From Candidatus Latescibacterota bacterium (lineage in GTDB: Bacteria; Latescibacterota; UBA2968; UBA8231), in contig CBDCXV010000001.1 of assembly GCA_965223905.1 (NCBI GenBank), positions 1,568,001 through 1,632,000 on the forward strand: a stretch of 64,000 nt of DNA, read 5' to 3'. Position numbers and translations under genes: made by a program. This document shows, in pieces, positions 48,977 through 58,766 of the stretch; the stretch's first letter is position 1; the number at the start of each line of letters is the position of its first letter. Below the pieces are notes generated by a model. That model was not told the DNA's origin, searched no databases, and saw nothing but the letters and a program-made list of their open reading frames with translations.

Positions 48977-51900
48977 CGCCAGATTTTGTCGGTGTCTCCG
49001 GTTCCACGGTCACGGCCCCACCGCCTGATGTTTCCGGTGTCTTCGGTTCCACGGTCACGGCGCCATCGCTTGATGTTGCCAGCGTCTCCGGTTCCACGGT
49101 CACCGCCACCGGCAGGGTGGTTTCCAGGCCCCCTTCATCGCGGGCGGTAACCGCGACCGTCACCCGGCCGGTGGAGACCGGCGTGATGGTCAGCTCCGAG
49201 TCCATCAGACTCGCGGTGGCGACCGCCTCGTCGCTCGACGAGACCGTGTAGGTCAGCGTCCCTCCTTCCGGGTCGCGGAAGCGGCCGGCCAGGTTCAGGG
49301 CCGCCGCCTCACCTTCCACCTTGAGGATCTGCGCCGGCAGGCCGGTGCCCAGGGTCAGGCCGTACGGCTCCTTCAGGCCTTCGGTGATCAGGTCTTCCAC
49401 GTCGCTGCCGTCCAGGTTGGCCCGCTGGATCTTGTCGGTGCCGTAGTCGGTCCAGTAGATCTTGCCGCCTCCCAGGTCGAGGGCGATCGCCTGGGAGGTT
49501 CGCAGGCCTTCGGTGACCAGGTCTTCTACCTGTGAGCCGTCGAGATTGGCCCGCTGGATTTTGTCGGTGCCCCAGTCGGGCCAGTACATCTTGCCCCCTG
49601 CCAGGTCGAGGGCGATACCCCGGGGTTGATTGAGGCCGGTGACCAGGTCCTCGACCTCGGAGCCGTCGAGGTTGGCCCGCTGGATCTTGTCGGCGCCCCA
49701 GTCGGTCCAGTACATCTTGCCGCCGGCCACGTCGAGGGCGAGGCCGTAGGGCTCGTTCAACCCGTCGGTGACCAGGTCCTCGATTTCGGAGCCGTCGAGG
49801 TTGGCGCGCTGGATTTTGTCGATTCCCCAGTCGGTCCAGTACATCTTGCCCCTGGCCAGATCGAGGGCGACGCCGAACGGCGCCTTCAAGCCCTCGACGA
49901 CCAGGTCCTCTGCGTGGCTGCCGTCCAAGTTGGCGCGCCGGATCTTGTCGACGACGCTGTCGGTCCAGTACATGCGGCCGCCGTCCCGGTCCAGGGCGAT
50001 GCCCCGGGGCTGCTTGAGTCCGGTTACCAGGGTGCGGATGTCGCTGCCGTCGAGGTTGGACCGCTGAATGCGGTCGGTGCGGGCGTCGGTCCAATAGAGC
50101 AGGGGCACGGCTACGGGAGGGTGGTTGTCCGCAGCGGTCGGAGTCCGGGTCAGGGCCAGGCCCCGCGGGCTCTGCAAGCCCTCGCTCACCAGGTCTTCCA
50201 CCTCGGAACCGTCGAGGTTGGACCGCTGGATCATGTCGGTGCCGCTGTCGGTCCAGTAGAGCTTGCCCGCAGCCGCGTCCACGATGAGACCCCGGGGAGT
50301 GTGCAGGCCGATGGTGACCAGGTCTTCGACTTCCGTGCCGTCGAGGTTGGCGCGTTGGATCTTGTCGGTGCCGTTGTCGGTCCAGTAGAGCTTGCCGCCG
50401 GTTGCGTCGAGGGCCAGCCCCCGGGGAATGCTCAGGCCGGTGGTGACGAGGTCCTCGATCTCGCTGCCGTCGAGGTTGGCGCGCTGGATTTTGTCGGTGC
50501 CGCTGTCGGTCCAGTAGAGCTTGCCGCCGGCTACATCGAGAGCCAGGCTCAACGGCGACTGCAGGCCGGTGACGAGGTCTTCCACCTCGGAGCCGTCGAG
50601 ATTGGCGCGCTGGATTTTGTCGGTGCCGTTGTCGGACCAATAGAGTTTGCCCGCAACCGCGTCGAGGGCCAGGGCCAAAGGGGTCTGCAGACCGTTGGTG
50701 ACCAGGTCTTCGATTTCGGAGCCGTCGAGGTTGGCGCGCTGGATCTTGTCGGTGCCGTAGTCGGTCCAGTACAGCTTGGAGGCCGCCGCGTCCACGACCA
50801 AGCCGCGCGGATAGACCAGGCCGCTGTCGACGACGTCCTCGACCCCGGAGCCGTCGAGGTGAGCCCGTTGAATCCGGTCGCTGCCCGCGTCCGTCCAGTA
50901 GAGCCGCGGTCCTTCGTCATCTGCCCCCACCGGGGCGCCGATCCCATCCGGAAGCGACAGGTCGGACGGGTCCGCATGGTACGCAACGATGAAGCGGGCG
51001 TCGGCCAGATCCACCTGACCGTCCCGGTTGACGTCCCCCAGGGTGATATCCCCGTTGGGAATGGAAAGGGAGGGGTCCTCGCTGTACGAGGCGACCAGCA
51101 GGGCGTCGGCGAGATCGACCTGGCCGTTGTTGTCGACATCTCCCAGGAGGCCGCCTGCGGCCACCTTTCCGCGAGGCAAGCTGGCCAGCGTTTCCACCCG
51201 GATTTCGACCGGACCGTCCTCCACCCGGAATGCCGGGTCGACGTAGGGGATGAGTCCCGGGCCAGTGACCGTCAACCCGTAGACCTGCCCTTGGTCGCCG
51301 GGGGGGACCCACGACCCTGATGCTATCGCTCCCGCAGTCCTGCTTGATGGATCCGCTGCACCGTCGGTGCCCGGGCTGGCTGAGGTCCCGCCACCGGAGG
51401 GAGCTATTCCCGCCGAGCCCACCGGCCCGTCCAGCAGCACCATCGACCGGGTCAGGCGCTCCCCGCCGGCCAGCAGCCGGTACAAGTACACCCCTGTAGC
51501 CACGCCCCGCCCCGAGGCATCGGTCGCGTGCCATGTCGCCGTGTGAAAACCAGCCGCCTGTTTCCCGTCGACCAGGGTGGCAACCCGCTGCCCCAGGATG
51601 TTGAACACCTCCAGCCGCACCCGAGTCGGGGCGGGCAGCTGGTACGGGATGATCGTCGAGGGATTGAACGGGTTGGGGTAGTTCTGGCCCAGGTGCATGT
51701 GCGCCGGCCGGGGGGCGGCCTGGCGCAGGGCGTTCAGGGGAAAGGCGAAGTAGCCGCTCTCATCGGCGGTGGCCCGTAGCGAGCGCCCCAGCTCGGCGAA
51801 CAGCCGCACCCGCGCCCCGGCCGCCGGGGCGCCCGAAGACAGAAGCACACGCCCCTCCAGAAGCGGCTCGGCGCCGGCGCCTGACCCCGGTGCCGCGAGG

Positions 51901-52010
51901 CAGCCGAGCACCGCCAGCAGCCATCCGAAACCGCCGGCCCCCGGGAAAGAGGCCCAGGAGCGTCGGGCGGACAGGGTGCGGGAAGTGGACAGGGTGCGGG
52001 AAGTATCCAT
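48924..52010 (-). CDS. Surface protein: signal peptide, FlgD-Ig/T9SS-CTD-like domain, dockerin, two YWTD (LDL-receptor class B) propellers, Ig-like domain
   Basis: LGQNYPNPFNPST..GVYLYRL; GDVDNNGQVDLAD and GDVNRDGQVDLAD; 12 KxYWTD..DKIQRANLDGS repeats. Confidence 0.9.
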   Translation of the reverse strand: MDTSRTLSTSRTLSARRSWASFPGAGGFGWLLAVLGCLAAPGSGAGAEPLLEGRVLLSSGAPAAGARVRLFAELGRSLRATADESGYFAFPLNALRQAAPRPAHMHLGQNYPNPFNPSTIIPYQLPAPTRVRLEVFNILGQRVATLVDGKQAAGFHTATWHATDASGRGVATGVYLYRLLAGGERLTRSMVLLDGPVGSAGIAPSGGGTSASPGTDGAADPSSRTAGAIASGSWVPPGDQGQVYGLTVTGPGLIPYVDPAFRVEDGPVEIRVETLASLPRGKVAAGGLLGDVDNNGQVDLADALLVASYSEDPSLSIPNGDITLGDVNRDGQVDLADARFIVAYHADPSDLSLPDGIGAPVGADDEGPRLYWTDAGSDRIQRAHLDGSGVEDVVDSGLVYPRGLVVDAAASKLYWTDYGTDKIQRANLDGSEIEDLVTNGLQTPLALALDAVAGKLYWSDNGTDKIQRANLDGSEVEDLVTGLQSPLSLALDVAGGKLYWTDSGTDKIQRANLDGSEIEDLVTTGLSIPRGLALDATGGKLYWTDNGTDKIQRANLDGTEVEDLVTIGLHTPRGLIVDAAAGKLYWTDSGTDMIQRSNLDGSEVEDLVSEGLQSPRGLALTRTPTAADNHPPVAVPLLYWTDARTDRIQRSNLDGSDIRTLVTGLKQPRGIALDRDGGRMYWTDSVVDKIRRANLDGSHAEDLVVEGLKAPFGVALDLARGKMYWTDWGIDKIQRANLDGSEIEDLVTDGLNEPYGLALDVAGGKMYWTDWGADKIQRANLDGSEVEDLVTGLNQPRGIALDLAGGKMYWPDWGTDKIQRANLDGSQVEDLVTEGLRTSQAIALDLGGGKIYWTDYGTDKIQRANLDGSDVEDLITEGLKEPYGLTLGTGLPAQILKVEGEAAALNLAGRFRDPEGGTLTYTVSSSDEAVATASLMDSELTITPVSTGRVTVAVTARDEGGLETTLPVAVTVEPETLATSSDGAVTVEPKTPETSGGGAVTVEPETPTKSGGGGSNWRHSTTNAEQCT

Positions 52011-52112
52011 GGGGTTCTCCAGTCGCAAGGTCGGCCGCATGCAGGACCGGGGTTGCCGAAGCCCCGGCAGGAACGCACCGGGGGCCCCGCGCGTTCGGAT
52101 CCTGTGGATGTA

Positions 52113-52128
52113 TGCAAAGACTGTGCCA
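52113..52128 (-). promoter_or_regulatory. Sigma54 (-24/-12) promoter
   Basis: TGGCAC-AGTCT-TTGCA is a perfect consensus match about 100 bp upstream of the surface-protein start. Confidence 0.8.
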
Positions 52129-52207
52129 TCTGGAAAGAAATGGAGCTAACTACTTGCAGATAAAGGGGTTAACCCATATGGAGTGAAGCGAGGAAAAAGG
52201 GGTCGAG

Positions 52208-52361
52208 TGTCGCATTTTGGAACACTTCTGCGCCTGCTCCAGGGGTCGACTGAAGGGGAGTCAACTGTTCAACCAACTGTTTATAAACGGGTTATATAAA
52301 CCCAGGGGGCGGCAGTGAGGCCGTGTGTCGCGATGTGCGACGCCTGTCTCATTTTGCGACA
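52208..52361. promoter_or_regulatory. Three palindromic enhancer-like boxes (consensus TGTCGCA-N3-TGCGACA)
   Basis: TGTCGCATTTTGGAACA (52208), TGTCGCGATGTGCGACG (52326), TGTCTCATTTTGCGACA (52345). Confidence 0.65.
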
Positions 52362-53033
52362 CAAAGGGCAACGGCAGGAAATGGGCCCGTGCGATCGGAT
52401 CTCCGGCGCGGAGGGCCCGCATCCGCAGCCCGCCGACAGCCAGAAAAACCCGAGAGGAACAGCGGCAGCAACCAGCCAAGGGGGCCGGTGTCGCACCCGG
52501 CCGGACGGCGGTACCCGGACCCGCCAACCGGCCGCAAGGGCCAGGACGATGGCCACGAGTGGGCTGAGGATCGGGCGGCTCACTCGCTCTCGGTGGTGCT
52601 CTTTACTTCAAGGACGATGGTCGCAGGCTTGTCAGGGATGGCGTCGGGATGCGCTATGACGGCACCCCCGTTCGTCAGCCTTCACCGGGAAGGACGGGGG
52701 ACTTATCGTGGCGGGGGTCAACGCGAAAAAGTGGGATCGGTGGACGACACGGTCCGGGCACTCCTGCTTCCGGCTCCCGCCCGCCGTGCCCTTCGCGCGG
52801 GCGTGGCCGGCCGCAGGTTCCAGCCGTTCTCGGTCACCTCGTAGCGGATGTAGCTGTCCCTGCGCACGGGCCCATAGCGCGCGGAGGCCGCCTCATGGCA
52901 GCCCATCCCCGATTCGCTTCACCCTCAAGTGAGGGAGCGGAAGATTTGCAACCAAGAATCGCAGCTTGTCGAGCTCCACGGGAGCCGGGGAGCCCGTAGT
53001 CCCTCGCACCGCCCCTGCACCGCGACTCCGCTG

Positions 53034-53912
53034 TCAGATATATCCCGAGGAGGAGAGCAGATCGATCTCGTCGCTCAGCCGTTCGAGCACGTGGTCGAGG
53101 TAGATGGACATGCGCTGGAAAGGCAGGTTGTCGCGTCCGATCGCCGGCATGTAGTTGAAGAAAACAGAACGCCTGATCGAGTCGTTGGTGACGGGATAGG
53201 CGTTGTGGGTCATCCCCTCCGAGAAGACGACGACGTCCCCGGGCGCGGCCAGCACCGGCACCGCCATCGGGTTCCTTCTCGCGTCCGTCATGTCGAAAGG
53301 ACAGGGGAAGTTCGCCTTGTGGCTCCCCGGGATCGCGGCGAAGGGGCCGTTCTCCACCCGGGTCATGTCGGACAGGATCACCACGCTCTTGGTGCTCCTG
53401 CAGGCGAACCGCTGCTGCGTGTGGTCGTAGGCGTAGTAGATGTCGCGGTCGAGAGGAAAGCCGCCGTTGTGGAGCCCGCCCCCTGAAACGGGTCCCACCT
53501 TCTCGATGTAGTAGGTCGCCGAGATGTAGACCGGGCCGCCCGCCAGCTCGCGGTGGATGGACTTCATCACCGGATCGCGCACAATGCGGTCGAACTTCGC
53601 GGTGCCGCACAGGGCGTGGTCGACCCGCCCGATGCCGCCGGTCCCGGGGTTGGGGCGCCGGTCGGGGCGGTGCTCCCCCTTCCAGAACGGATGCTCCGGG
53701 TCGGACATCGCCGGGGCCAGGAAATAGCTGGCGACCCCGATCCGGGTGTAGGTCTCGTAGTCGACGGGAATCGCCTGAAGCTCGTCGATGCCGGCGTGGA
53801 ACTCCGCCACCGCCTCCTCGTCGTAGTGCCCTTTCAGAACGATGTACCCCCGCAGGTCGAACTCGTACTTCTGCTCCGGGGTCAGGGCGAAAGCGGAATC
53901 AGTGGAGGTCAT
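53034..53912 (-). CDS. PhyH family dioxygenase
   Basis: DLRGYIVL, GLHNGG, NGPFAAIPGSHK and GDVVVFSEGMTH motifs. Confidence 0.85.
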   Translation of the reverse strand: MTSTDSAFALTPEQKYEFDLRGYIVLKGHYDEEAVAEFHAGIDELQAIPVDYETYTRIGVASYFLAPAMSDPEHPFWKGEHRPDRRPNPGTGGIGRVDHALCGTAKFDRIVRDPVMKSIHRELAGGPVYISATYYIEKVGPVSGGGLHNGGFPLDRDIYYAYDHTQQRFACRSTKSVVILSDMTRVENGPFAAIPGSHKANFPCPFDMTDARRNPMAVPVLAAPGDVVVFSEGMTHNAYPVTNDSIRRSVFFNYMPAIGRDNLPFQRMSIYLDHVLERLSDEIDLLSSSGYI

Positions 53913-53998
53913 TTTCCGGGTGCTCCTCTTTGCCGCCCGGGGTCAGGAGGTGCAGCGGTTTGCCCTTCGCGTCAGGATCGTCGGCACGCGGCGCTGCC

Positions 53999-55282
53999 CT
54001 ACAGGTCGTATCCTGCTTCGCCGTGCTCGTTCAGATCGAGTCCACTGGTCTCGGTATCCTCATCTACTCGCAGGCCGATGGCCAGGTCGATGACCTTGAG
54101 AATCACAAACGAGACGATCAGGGTATAAACCGCTGCGCCGACAGCAGCAAAAGCCTGGATACCCAACTGTTTTCCCATGTTCAGGCCCTCGACGGTGCCG
54201 CCCAGGGAGGTCGAGGCGAAGAAGGACACCAGCAGAACCCCGACCAGGCCGCCGAAGCCGTGAACCCCCACTACGTCGAGCGCGTCGTCGTACCCGCAGG
54301 TGCGCTTGAGCCAGGTGGCGGCCCAATAGGCTACCAGACCGGAGCACAGGCCGATGGCAAAGGCGCCGAGCGGCCCCACTGTGCCCGAGGCCGGGGTAAT
54401 GGCCGCCAGTCCCGCGATGGCCCCGGTGGCAAAACCGAGCGCACTGGGTTTCCCGTTTTTGATCCAATCGAGGAAAATCCAGGTCAGCGCTGCGACGCTG
54501 GGGGAGATCTGGGTGACCACGACTGCCATGGCGGCCTGCCCGTTCGCCGCCAGGGCGCTGCCGCCATTGAAACCGAACCACCCAACCCAGAGCATGGCCG
54601 TGCCGACGAGGTTCATGGTCATGTTGTGCGGGGGCATCGGCTGCTTGGGATAGCCGGCGCGCTTGCCGACGAGGATCGCCGCCACCAGGGCGGCCGCCCC
54701 CGCGGTGATGTGGACGACGATGCCGCCGGCAAAGTCGAATACCCCCATGGCGCCCAGGTACCCGCCCTCTCCCCAGACCATGTGGGTGATGGGCAGATAA
54801 ACCAGAACGCACCACAGCCCGCTGAACCACAACACCGCCGAAAACTTCATGCGCTCGGCAAAGGCACCGACGATAAGCCCGGGAGTGATGATGGCGAACG
54901 TCATCTGGAAAACGAAGAAGAGCGGTTCGGGGATGGTGCCGGAAAGGCTGTCCGGGGAGACCCCGCTGAGAAAGACCTTGGACAGGCTGCCGATGAAGGG
55001 ATTGCCGGCTGTAAAGGCCAGGCTGTATCCGAAAAGGGTCCACAAGACCGTGATCAGGGCGGCAATCCCGAAACAGCTCATATAGACCGAGAGCACGTTG
55101 CGCGTGCGCACCAAGCCGGCGTAGAACATGGCCAGGCCCGGTATCATCATGAAGAGCACCAGGCCGGTGGAAATCAGGATCCAGGCCGTGTCTCCGGTGT
55201 CGAGCTTGTCCTGGGCTGAAGCGGAATTCGGTGCCCAGACCAGCAACAGAGGGAGGATTCCCCACACTCTGCGAAACTTCAT
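53999..55282 (-). CDS. amtB: Ammonium transporter
   Basis: DFAGGIVVH, LWVGWFGFNGGS, GLAAITP and DDALDVVGVHG motifs. Confidence 0.97.
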   Translation of the reverse strand: MKFRRVWGILPLLLVWAPNSASAQDKLDTGDTAWILISTGLVLFMMIPGLAMFYAGLVRTRNVLSVYMSCFGIAALITVLWTLFGYSLAFTAGNPFIGSLSKVFLSGVSPDSLSGTIPEPLFFVFQMTFAIITPGLIVGAFAERMKFSAVLWFSGLWCVLVYLPITHMVWGEGGYLGAMGVFDFAGGIVVHITAGAAALVAAILVGKRAGYPKQPMPPHNMTMNLVGTAMLWVGWFGFNGGSALAANGQAAMAVVVTQISPSVAALTWIFLDWIKNGKPSALGFATGAIAGLAAITPASGTVGPLGAFAIGLCSGLVAYWAATWLKRTCGYDDALDVVGVHGFGGLVGVLLVSFFASTSLGGTVEGLNMGKQLGIQAFAAVGAAVYTLIVSFVILKVIDLAIGLRVDEDTETSGLDLNEHGEAGYDL

Positions 55283-55584
55283 AATGAACCTCCTATGGGT
55301 GCGAACTACGTGGAATGCGTCAGGGGCCCTCGCGGTCTGCACCGGGAAATGGGGGTCGGTCCCATGCTCTCGCTGGCTCTCCGATCACGAACCGGGCCCC
55401 GCACGGATGACGAGGACCTCCATCCCCTGCACAACGCGGGCAAATTCCCTTTACCCCCTGTCCGAGTCAAGGCGGTCCGGGATCATCGGCTTCGCTTGCA
55501 CGACATCGATACACTGCGCTTGTTAATCCTGTCTCCAGGACCGCTGCCCCGCCGACTCCGGCACCAACCGCGAGGTAAAACCGC

Positions 55585-56424
55585 ATGCTGACCCGGGAAC
55601 AGATCGACGCCTACCGCCGCGACGGCTTCGTCAAGGTCGAAGGCCTGTTCACCCCGGACGAGGTCGCCGACCTCGCCGGCGACATGGTGCGCATCATCGA
55701 GGAGTGGGGGGAGGAGACCATCGGCTGGAGGGGGCCGTGGAGGAAGGGCTACCTGCCCGACGACGAACAGGAGAGCACCAAGGCGGTGTTCCTCCACAAC
55801 CCGCAGCATTACTCCGCGGTCTGGGGGCGGGTCATCTTCCACGAGCGCCTGCTCGCCTGCATCACCGCCCTGATCGGCGACAGCATCCAGTGGCATCACA
55901 CCGTCCTCCACGCCAAGCCGCCGGAAAGGGGCACCCCCTTCCCGATGCACCAGGACTTCCCCTTCTACCCGCACGACGGCGCCGGCTTCGTCGACTGCCT
56001 GCTGCACCTCGACGACGCCCCGTTCGAGTCGGGCGCCCTGCACGTCGTTCCCGGAAGCCACAGGCAGGGGCCGCTCGAGCACGTCCTCGGCCCCGACACG
56101 GCGCCGCACCTGCCGCTCGACCAGTATCACCCCGACAAGGTCGACAGCGTGGCCATCCCGGCGCGGGCGGGGGACGTCGTCTTCTTCAGCTACATGGCCG
56201 TGCACTGGTCCGACTGCAACCGCACCGGTCAGTGGCGCAAGGCGGTGCGCTTCGGCTACCACCACACCGGCCTGCGCCCCGTCGGGCGCGCCGAGGACGA
56301 CCCCTACAGCATCGACCTCGACAACCTGCTCGAACGCAACAGCAACACCGTCGTATCCGGCTTCCGCTCCAACCACGAAGAGCTGAAGCAGGCTCCGACC
56401 GCTTCCGTCCAGGCCCGCGCATGA
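55585..56424 (+). CDS. PhyH family dioxygenase
   Basis: RDGFV, HAKPP, MHQD, GALHVVPGSH and VHWS..N motifs. Confidence 0.9.
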   Translation: MLTREQIDAYRRDGFVKVEGLFTPDEVADLAGDMVRIIEEWGEETIGWRGPWRKGYLPDDEQESTKAVFLHNPQHYSAVWGRVIFHERLLACITALIGDSIQWHHTVLHAKPPERGTPFPMHQDFPFYPHDGAGFVDCLLHLDDAPFESGALHVVPGSHRQGPLEHVLGPDTAPHLPLDQYHPDKVDSVAIPARAGDVVFFSYMAVHWSDCNRTGQWRKAVRFGYHHTGLRPVGRAEDDPYSIDLDNLLERNSNTVVSGFRSNHEELKQAPTASVQARA

Positions 56425-56442
56425 CCCGCATCGAGGCCGGCG

Positions 56443-56964
56443 ATGGCGGGGGCTGAACCGGGGCCGCGGGCAGGTGCCGCGCGCCGCCTCTGCACCGTCG
56501 AGATTGCCAAGGACTACCTCTCTTTCTCGGCGGCGCACTTCACCATCTTCTCCGGGGAGAGGCGGGAGAACCTGCACGGCCACAACTTCGCCGTGCAGGG
56601 CCGGGCCACCGGCTGGGTCGGGGAGAACGGTCTCACCTTCGATTACGAGCTGCTGAAGTCGGGAATCGGGAAGCTGTGCACCCGCCTCGACGAGAAGCTG
56701 CTGCTCCCCTCCGGCTCCCCGCACCTCGACATCCGCAGCGGCACCGAAGGGGTGGAGGTCCGCTTCGGAGAGGAGCGCCTGCATTTCCTCGAAAGGGACG
56801 TCCTGCTGATTCCGGTCGCCAACGTTACCGTGGAAGAGCTCTCCGGGTGGTTCCTCGACCTCCTGCTCGCCGACCGGGAGATCGACGCCCTAGCCCTGGA
56901 AGAGCTCGAGGTCCGCGTCTCCAGCGGACCCGGCCAATGGGGGATCAGCCGCTGGCGGCGCTGA
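56443..56964 (+). CDS. 6-pyruvoyl-tetrahydropterin synthase / QueD-like protein
   Basis: FSAAHF..ENLHGHNF and NVTVEELS motifs. Confidence 0.85.
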   Translation: MAGAEPGPRAGAARRLCTVEIAKDYLSFSAAHFTIFSGERRENLHGHNFAVQGRATGWVGENGLTFDYELLKSGIGKLCTRLDEKLLLPSGSPHLDIRSGTEGVEVRFGEERLHFLERDVLLIPVANVTVEELSGWFLDLLLADREIDALALEELEVRVSSGPGQWGISRWRR

Positions 56965-57011
56965 TCGGCCGCTGCTCAGTCCTTTCGGTTGACCTGAAGA
57001 GGAGCTTTCCG

Positions 57012-58589
57012 ATGCGCTTTTTCAACACGGCAGGTCCGGTCAAGCCCGCAAAGCACTACTGCATCGCGCCCTTGGATCGGCTGAACCTGGCCGGGGTGAT
57101 CGCGCTGGTGCGGGACGAGAAGTATTTCGTGCTGCACGCGCCGCGTCAGACCGGCAAGACCTCGACGCTGCTGGCGTTGCGCGACCTGCTCAATGCCAAA
57201 GGGCGCTATCGCTGCGTGTACGTCAATGTCGAGGTCGGGCAGGCGGCCCGTGAAGACACCCAGCGAGCCATGCGGGCGATCCTCAGCCAACTGGCCTTGC
57301 GCGCCCGGCATGCCCTGCAAGACGAGTTCGTCGAGGAAATCTGGTTCGATGTGTTGCAACGATCCGGTCCCGATGCCGCTCTCCAGCAAGTGCTCAGCCG
57401 CTGGGCGGCAGCCGACTCGACGCCGCTGGTGCTGCTGATCGACGAGATCGACGCACTGGTGGGCGACACCCTCGTGTCGGTGCTGCGGCAGTTGCGCGCC
57501 GGCTACGACCTGCGGCCAGAGGGGTTTCCGCAGAGCTTGGTGCTGTGCGGCGTGCGCGACGTGCGCGACTACCGCATTCAATCGACCGCGGAGAACGCCA
57601 TCATCACCGGCGGTAGCGCGTTCAACATCAAGGCCCGGTCGTTGCGTCTGGACGACTTTCCGCGGGCGGAGGTGCTGGCGCTGCTGGGGCAGCACACCGA
57701 GGAGACCGGCCAGGTCTTCACCGCCGAGGCGCTGAAGACGGTCTGGACGCAGACCCAGGGGCAGCCGTGGCTGGTCAACGCGCTGGCCGACGAAGCCTGT
57801 TTTGCGGGCGAATTCGCCGAGGAGTGGCATCGTCCGGTTGCCGCCGAGGCCATCCACGCCGCGAAAGAGCGGCTCATCGCGCGGCGCGAGACGCATCTGG
57901 ATCAGTTGGCCGACAAGCTCAGGGAGGATCGGGTGCGAGGGGTGGTCGAGCCGCTGCTGAGTGGTGGCGAAGCGCGCTCGCTTCCACCGGACGACTTGAT
58001 GTACGCCCGCGATCTGGGCCTCATCAGCATCGACGACCCCATGCGCATCGCCAATCCGATGTACCGCGAAGTCATTCCGCGGGAACTGACCTATACCACT
58101 CAAGCGACGTTAGCCCAGGACACGGCGTGGTATGTGGATGCCGAGGGCGGCTTGGACCTGGGCAAGCTGCTGCCGGCCTTTCAGGCGTTCTTCCGCGAGC
58201 ACTCGGAGCACTGGGCGGAGCGGTTCCAGTACAAGGAAGCCGGTCCGCAACTGCTGTTGCAGGCGTTTCTGCAGCGAATTGTCAATAGCGGCGGGCGGAT
58301 CGAGCGGGAGTATGGGTTGGGGCGGATGCGGACGGATTTGCTGATCGTGTGGCCGCAAGGTGAGCAGACGCGCCGATTCGTCGTCGAGTGCAAAGTGCTG
58401 CACAAGAGCCTGGAGCAGACTATCGGCGCGGGGCTGGAACAGACCGCGGACTACATGGATCGCTGCCAGGCGGAGGCGGGTCATCTGGTGATATTCGACC
58501 GGCGGGCAGGGCGGCGTTGGGACGACAAACTGTTTCACAGCCGCCGGGTGTCGAATGGCGGCGTGGAGGTCCAGGTGTGGGGGATGTGA
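57012..58589 (+). CDS. AAA-like ATPase with C-terminal PD-(D/E)XK-like domain (paralog of 17152-18744)
   Basis: MRFFNTAGP, APRQTGKTS, LIDEID and RTDLLI..VVECK; long identical blocks shared with the BREX-embedded copy. Confidence 0.87.
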   Translation: MRFFNTAGPVKPAKHYCIAPLDRLNLAGVIALVRDEKYFVLHAPRQTGKTSTLLALRDLLNAKGRYRCVYVNVEVGQAAREDTQRAMRAILSQLALRARHALQDEFVEEIWFDVLQRSGPDAALQQVLSRWAAADSTPLVLLIDEIDALVGDTLVSVLRQLRAGYDLRPEGFPQSLVLCGVRDVRDYRIQSTAENAIITGGSAFNIKARSLRLDDFPRAEVLALLGQHTEETGQVFTAEALKTVWTQTQGQPWLVNALADEACFAGEFAEEWHRPVAAEAIHAAKERLIARRETHLDQLADKLREDRVRGVVEPLLSGGEARSLPPDDLMYARDLGLISIDDPMRIANPMYREVIPRELTYTTQATLAQDTAWYVDAEGGLDLGKLLPAFQAFFREHSEHWAERFQYKEAGPQLLLQAFLQRIVNSGGRIEREYGLGRMRTDLLIVWPQGEQTRRFVVECKVLHKSLEQTIGAGLEQTADYMDRCQAEAGHLVIFDRRAGRRWDDKLFHSRRVSNGGVEVQVWGM

Positions 58590-58766
58590 GACCTGCCCCC
58601 TGAACGGGAGCTGCCTGTTTATCCGGTTGCAGCGGCGAACAGAGGTGGTCCCCCTCGCCGAGGCACGGCACGGAATTGCGCCGGGGAACAGCAGCCCTTA
58701 TCGTGCACCGCAACATAGCTCACCTGAACATCGACAAGCAGAAACCGGAAAACAGGAGAGGGATTC

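Noticed and set aside
47130-50900. Regular repeats that might look like a CRISPR array
   Set aside because: They are in-frame protein repeats (CARDB, YWTD) with no unique spacers and no cas genes.
52400-53030. Short ORFs in the intergenic region
   Set aside because: No recognisable motifs or RBS; not called.
56676-57011. N-terminal extension of the 637-aa ORF
   Set aside because: It overlaps the QueD-like gene; the paralog and RBS fix the start at MRFFN (57012).
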